Shown: piece after piece, positions 59,194 through 64,000 of the stretch | How positions within the stretch are numbered: position 1 is the first letter of the stretch | Layout: the number at the start of each line of letters is the position of its first letter | Origin: a virus | Direction: 5' to 3' (one strand) | DNA length: 64,000 nucleotides | Virus record (IMG/VR): IMGVR_UViG_3300014720_000031 | Coordinates: 2,881 to 66,880 of that record | Made by a program: the position numbers and the translations under genes | The notes under the pieces: generated by a model | Seen by the model: only the letters and a program-made list of their open reading frames with translations | What the model was told of the DNA's origin: nothing | The model's database searches: none

Positions 59194-60002
59194 ATGTTAT
59201 TATATATAGTATTTTCTGCTAATAGATATTGCTTGGCTCTTGTAAAGTTTTCTATTATAGCTGGAATCCTTTTGGAATATTCATGATCACTTATATTATT
59301 TAATATTTCATCTAATTTATCTAAAGAATCAAATTGGATTATCCCATTGATATCAAAGAAATTGCCTATACTTGAGCATCCATAGTAAATCGGTATTGTG
59401 CCAGTCACGAAGCAGTCAATAAGTTTTTCTGTAAACCAAAAATTTTTTATACTATTTTCTATTACGATCTGAAACTTAAAATCTTTTAAAACTTCTATTT
59501 TTGATATTATTTGTTTATAACCATTTCCAAATAGTTCAAATTTATTTTTAAATCTTTCTATGCATTTCATTCTTAGGTTATGTCCAGTTAAAAAATTTTT
59601 ATTAGAAGTTATCATGCATATCATTCTGCTTTTTTCATAAATATTAAAATCTTTTTTATCAATCCAACAGCCTCCGTAAGGTATAAAAACAGAATTTGGT
59701 AATTTTAGAATATCTTCATCGTGAGAATATATTTTATAGAATAGATTATAATTATTTTTCACATATGAATATTTTTCTGGACAAAGCTCTTGGGGTTCTA
59801 TTAGCCATGCAATATCTTTTTTATTGTTTCTTCTGGATGCAGTTATAAAATTATCTGTATATATGATTATATCTTCATCAGTATAGTTATTTGATCGATC
59901 CCATTCGATCTTATCACTAAATTGAATTGGGGGCATTGGGTTGTTGCTAAATATGCAATGAGAAAAGCTAGAATCTTTTATAAAAATTTTTTTCGGTATC
60001 AT
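59190..60002 (-). CDS. GT10-like (alpha-1,3-fucosyltransferase family) glycosyltransferase
   Basis: 'KF.IVIENS...FTEKL.DCF..GTIPIYYG'. Confidence 0.75.
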   Translation of the reverse strand: MIPKKIFIKDSSFSHCIFSNNPMPPIQFSDKIEWDRSNNYTDEDIIIYTDNFITASRRNNKKDIAWLIEPQELCPEKYSYVKNNYNLFYKIYSHDEDILKLPNSVFIPYGGCWIDKKDFNIYEKSRMICMITSNKNFLTGHNLRMKCIERFKNKFELFGNGYKQIISKIEVLKDFKFQIVIENSIKNFWFTEKLIDCFVTGTIPIYYGCSSIGNFFDINGIIQFDSLDKLDEILNNISDHEYSKRIPAIIENFTRAKQYLLAENTIYNNI

Positions 60003-61576
60003 TTTGAAAATAGATATCCTTTGACATAGACATGATCTAACTCTGTATTTTTTAGGACATATAAAGCGTCTTCTATTGAAGATAATATTGGCAATCCTTT
60101 AATATTAAAGGACGTATTTAATATGATTGGTATTCCACCAAGATTTTGCATTGAATTTAAAATATTATAAAATATTTCATGATCTTTTTCTTTTACAGTT
60201 TGAAGCCTTGCCGTCCCATCAAAATGAGTTATGGAGGAAAGAGTTTTTCTATAATTTTCTTTGACGCTTGGGGCATAACTCATATATTTTGAATAGAATG
60301 CATTTTCAAAATATATACTTTTATCTTTATCTCTACATACTGGCGCGAATGGTCTAAACCATTCTCTAAACTTTACTTTATGATTAAGAATATCTTTCAT
60401 GTTATCTACGCATGGATTACATATAATACTTCTATTGCCAAGGGCTCTTGGGCCTACTTCTGAACAATCATTAATTATACCTACAATTTTACCATCCAAT
60501 ATAATTTTAGCTAAATCATTAATTGACACTTCTTTGGCGTCAAATTCTTTTATATAATAATTTATTTTATTTGCATCTAAAATTTCTATTCCATTGTATG
60601 TAAGATCTTTTTCTATTTTTAATTCTGTAAAATATAAAAATTGGCCGAGGGCAAGCCCGCAATCATTTGGATTCGCAGGAACGAAAAGGTCTCGGTTGAT
60701 TTCATTTAGTCTTTGTTTTAATTTTTGATTTAAGAGAACATTTAGCGCACATCCACCGACTAAGACTACATTCAAATTCGAAGAAAATATCTCCTCCCAA
60801 AATGTATTAAAAAATATTTTTTCAAAAACATACTGGGATGTTGCTGCAAGATCATAACTTTGCTGTCCTTTTAAAAAATTGAAAGTTAGATCTAAATTTA
60901 AATCTCTCGATAGTTTATTTAAATCTTTGTGAAAGTAAAAATTTTCGATAGGTCTTACCCACTCATTAATGACTTTGCCGTATGCACATAAACCCATCAC
61001 TTTTCCTGCATATGCTAAAGATTGCAATTCGCTATCTGGCCCAGGTTTTATTTCAGCAATTGGACATCCTATCATCGCGTAAGGTGTTCCAAAATCTAAG
61101 TTGTAATTCTTGTGATTAAAAATTTTATTATTTTTACCAATAAAGGTTTTTGTAGATGTAGTATATTCAATTTCATTGCCCCCTCCATCAATAGATATTA
61201 TCAATGCTTCGTCAAAGTTTGATGTATAGTATCCGCTGGCTGCATGGGCAGTATGATGCCCTACTTTAACTAAGGTAGCATTTTCAAATATGGTTTTTAA
61301 AAATAATAGATCTGTTTCTGATAGCTCATTATATATTAATGTATTTATTGAGTTCTTATCTATAAAAGTGCATATGTATTCTATAAATTTTTTTCTTAAA
61401 GTTTCATCCGTGCCTACGCCTTTTCTATGATCAAATCTGTCCGAATACATTGCATATCTTTGTTTTACAAATCTTTCGTATTCTAATATTTTAATATTAT
61501 CATTTCGATCAATAAAGACGGCTGATGCGTCATGAGATCCGTAAATGCTTAATATATTTTTTAAATTTTTATCCAT
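59999..61576 (-). CDS. O-carbamoyltransferase (NodU/CmcH family)
   Basis: 'HD.S', 'HH.AHA', 'DGGG', 'GKVMGL', 'GG.ALN', 'E.GPRALGNRS', 'RE.FRPFAP', 'TAR.QTV', 'LNTSFN'. Confidence 0.92.
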   Translation of the reverse strand: MDKNLKNILSIYGSHDASAVFIDRNDNIKILEYERFVKQRYAMYSDRFDHRKGVGTDETLRKKFIEYICTFIDKNSINTLIYNELSETDLLFLKTIFENATLVKVGHHTAHAASGYYTSNFDEALIISIDGGGNEIEYTTSTKTFIGKNNKIFNHKNYNLDFGTPYAMIGCPIAEIKPGPDSELQSLAYAGKVMGLCAYGKVINEWVRPIENFYFHKDLNKLSRDLNLDLTFNFLKGQQSYDLAATSQYVFEKIFFNTFWEEIFSSNLNVVLVGGCALNVLLNQKLKQRLNEINRDLFVPANPNDCGLALGQFLYFTELKIEKDLTYNGIEILDANKINYYIKEFDAKEVSINDLAKIILDGKIVGIINDCSEVGPRALGNRSIICNPCVDNMKDILNHKVKFREWFRPFAPVCRDKDKSIYFENAFYSKYMSYAPSVKENYRKTLSSITHFDGTARLQTVKEKDHEIFYNILNSMQNLGGIPIILNTSFNIKGLPILSSIEDALYVLKNTELDHVYVKGYLFSK

Positions 61577-62340
61577 GACTGAGGTATTAAATCTCTTATT
61601 ATAAAATCATTCCTATCTTTAAACCAATGATTGGGGGCTATAATTTTTTTATTATGATTTTGATTTAACCATGCTCCCCACCAGCTATAAGAACTATTTG
61701 CTATAATATTATTTTTGCACAAAGCCATTAAATATAGATCTTCTAGATCCGTATTTCCTTGTATTATGTTAAATTTTTTATCAGTAAAATTATTATAACA
61801 ATAATTAAGATCATCGCTAAAAACGAAAACTTTTTTTGAATCTAACAATTCAATTGCATCCATGTAGTATTTTATATCTAAATTATTATAAACATTGCTA
61901 AGAGATAGGTAATTGCCTCTTCTCAGATGTATGCTGGTGATTTCTTCTTCAAATACTTCTGGATACCTTTTTTTAAGATTATCAAATATTCTACTATTAG
62001 AAAAAAAGCTATCTACTATTAGTTTCCTATTTTTTATAAAATATTTTTCACTTTGAAAATATCCATTAATAAAAATATTAGTATCTTTTGGTAAATCTAT
62101 TTCACTAAAAGAAAAGTCTTTTTCTGTAAATTGAAAGAATCCATCTATGTTTGTTATTTCTTCATATTGCTTAAATATACTCTGTTTATATATTTTTGGA
62201 TCAGTATGTAAATAACCTATGTGATAATATCTTAAGCAGACTTTTAAATCGTATATAACAGATAAATTTATTGCATTTGCTAAAGAAAATAAAATGTTAC
62301 CTAACCCGCCTTGCATTTGAAATGAGATTATTTTCTTCAT
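61561..62340 (-). CDS. GT11 (alpha-1,2-fucosyl/colitosyltransferase family) glycosyltransferase
   Basis: 'GGLGN', 'GYFQSEKYF', 'HLRRG.Y', 'FSDD', 'ANSSYSWWGAWL'. Confidence 0.9.
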   Translation of the reverse strand: MKKIISFQMQGGLGNILFSLANAINLSVIYDLKVCLRYYHIGYLHTDPKIYKQSIFKQYEEITNIDGFFQFTEKDFSFSEIDLPKDTNIFINGYFQSEKYFIKNRKLIVDSFFSNSRIFDNLKKRYPEVFEEEITSIHLRRGNYLSLSNVYNNLDIKYYMDAIELLDSKKVFVFSDDLNYCYNNFTDKKFNIIQGNTDLEDLYLMALCKNNIIANSSYSWWGAWLNQNHNKKIIAPNHWFKDRNDFIIRDLIPQSWIKI

Positions 62341-63053
62341 GCTGAGAATTTGAATCTTTCAAAATTGCCTTTTATCCAATCTCTATAATCATAGAAATTA
62401 TGTTCTATATCAGAAAAAGACGCGCTTTGTAAAAATAGCATTGGATTAGATATAAAACTGTTATAATTTCTTAATATTCTCTTGCTTAAAAAGACATCTA
62501 TGGCTTCATTCTCGTTTATCCAATCGAATATTGAATTTGTGTCTGGTGCATTTTCTAAGAGAGTGTTGTATATTTTACAGTTAAACGCCAGAGCGTGCGT
62601 AGTATGGGACGAATTTAATTTAAAAAGATTTTCTGAATATTTGGAGATAGGATTTATACCATAGCTATTATCTAAATTGCCTCCAAGATATAAAATATCC
62701 CAATCTTTTGGTAATTCTTGTAAAGATTTGTTTAGGTTATTAACTGTTATTTTTTCATCAAAAAGTAGTTCAAAATCATCTTCTAGAACTAAATAATTAG
62801 ATATATTTTTCTCTTTTGCATTTTTTAAAATTTTAAAATGAGACATGCAACAACCAGCTCTGCCTAAAAATTTTTTATATTTCTCATCGCTGTGATTAAA
62901 TTTCACTGCTGGAAATCTTTCTATTTTATGTAGAATATTTAATTTATTAAAATTCTCTAAGCATTTTTCCCATCTATCTTTTCTTTCATCTAAATTTATA
63001 CAAAAAATTTTTTCGAAGAAATCGAATGCATTCACTTTAATGCTTTTTCCCAA
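62337..63053 (-). CDS. GT25 glycosyltransferase
   Basis: 'INLDER.DR', 'GC..SH', 'LVLEDD', 'WDILYLG'. Confidence 0.85.
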   Translation of the reverse strand: MGKSIKVNAFDFFEKIFCINLDERKDRWEKCLENFNKLNILHKIERFPAVKFNHSDEKYKKFLGRAGCCMSHFKILKNAKEKNISNYLVLEDDFELLFDEKITVNNLNKSLQELPKDWDILYLGGNLDNSYGINPISKYSENLFKLNSSHTTHALAFNCKIYNTLLENAPDTNSIFDWINENEAIDVFLSKRILRNYNSFISNPMLFLQSASFSDIEHNFYDYRDWIKGNFERFKFSA

Positions 63054-63892
63054 AATACTTCAGAAGCTTTGGAACAAGATTCTTTAAATGAATCTAGCCC
63101 ATGTTTGTCCATATCATGGATACATCCTACAATATTTGGATTAAAGCAAATCAACTTTGTTCCACAAATACACGCTTCCGCAACAGACCTACAAAATGGT
63201 TCTGGTAAAACTGGAGTATAATATAATGTTTCATATTTATTGTATAAATCTGGCATGGATTCATAAGTCACTGGTCCGAGAAATTCTACATTTTTACATG
63301 TAGAAGCTAAATGATCAAATACTCTTGCGCCCCAACCAGCTATTACAAAATTAATATTAGGATTTGCTAATACAAATTCAAAAAAAGCCAAGGTACCCTT
63401 AAGTTCATGCATAAACCCAACATATAATATTTTATCTTCTCTTTCCAGCTGTTTATTATAAAAAGTTTTTGAATCTATAGGGTCTGGTACAATTTCAACA
63501 TTTTTAAATATATCTCCGTAATAATTTTTAAAAATTTCATAATGGAAATCTGTCAAAAAGAAAGTTTTTTTACAAGAATTAAATAGTAGTTGCCTGTCTT
63601 CTTTTGATAAATATCTATTTAAATCATGCTCAAGTCTTACGTGATTTTTATGCTCACTTATCTTTTTTATAACTTCTTTATCAGATCTGTATATGGCTTC
63701 TAGATTAGAAGACACAAGAACGTCATAATCATTAAAATCTGTTACTTTAAAATTATAATTATAATTTGCTTCAAAAATAGAATGCCCTAACTCTCTACCT
63801 TTATTTATCAAAAGTTCATTGCTTCTTTGAGCCCCACCTATTGTATGATTTAGGTTAAAATCAGATATCCAAAGTATTTTTTTATTTTCCAT
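63032..63892 (-). CDS. GT4/GT-B glycosyltransferase
   Basis: 'GGAQ', 'ILYVG....KG', 'EPFCRSVAEA'. Confidence 0.8.
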   Translation of the reverse strand: MENKKILWISDFNLNHTIGGAQRSNELLINKGRELGHSIFEANYNYNFKVTDFNDYDVLVSSNLEAIYRSDKEVIKKISEHKNHVRLEHDLNRYLSKEDRQLLFNSCKKTFFLTDFHYEIFKNYYGDIFKNVEIVPDPIDSKTFYNKQLEREDKILYVGFMHELKGTLAFFEFVLANPNINFVIAGWGARVFDHLASTCKNVEFLGPVTYESMPDLYNKYETLYYTPVLPEPFCRSVAEACICGTKLICFNPNIVGCIHDMDKHGLDSFKESCSKASEVFWEKALK

Positions 63893-63897
63893 ACTAA

Positions 63898-63926
63898 ATT
63901 GTATGGTTTTTTTATTATAAAGTCAA
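63898..63926 (-). promoter_or_regulatory. sigma70-type promoter (leaderless) for the glycosylation operon
   Basis: TTGACT-17-TACAAT, 5 nt before ATG 63892. Confidence 0.65.
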
Positions 63927-64000
63927 TTAAAATTAAGCTAAATTAACACCGATTTAATATATTTACATTATTTTTTTTATTGACAAAAACACTTTATTTA

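Noticed and set aside
63980-64000. TTGACA on the plus strand at the window end
   Set aside because: Possibly a divergent promoter, but its -10 element would lie outside the window.

Overview
AT-rich, gene-dense 64-kb segment of a large tailed dsDNA phage (siphovirus-like; no sheath gene, capsid, portal or terminase in this window). Positions 1-41.2 kb form a late/virion module: a truncated beta-propeller protein, neck/tail-completion genes, tail tube, chaperones, a 2578-aa tape measure, about 18 kb of lectin/mucin-like genes and tail-tube paralogs in both orientations, then lambda-like M-L-I-J tail-tip genes. Positions 41.2-64 kb (minus strand) hold replication/recombination genes (Pol III alpha split into PHP, exonuclease and core genes; primase, DnaB, RecA, ThyX, nucleases, SSB/SSAP) and a sugar-nucleotide/glycosyltransferase cluster (Gmd, ColD-like, Fcl/ColC, GT10, GT11, GT25, GT4, GT9, carbamoyltransferase). 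The most striking feature is the only long intergenic gap (25.7-26.25 kb). It contains a complete group I ribozyme core that interrupts no gene, and its best 5' splice site lies downstream of its 3' splice site. That is an apparently permuted intron that could generate a ~247-nt circular structured RNA. Two promoter classes are visible (sigma70-type and a GTGTAA motif), both mostly placed to give leaderless mRNAs. All calls are from manual motif reading; no database searches were run.
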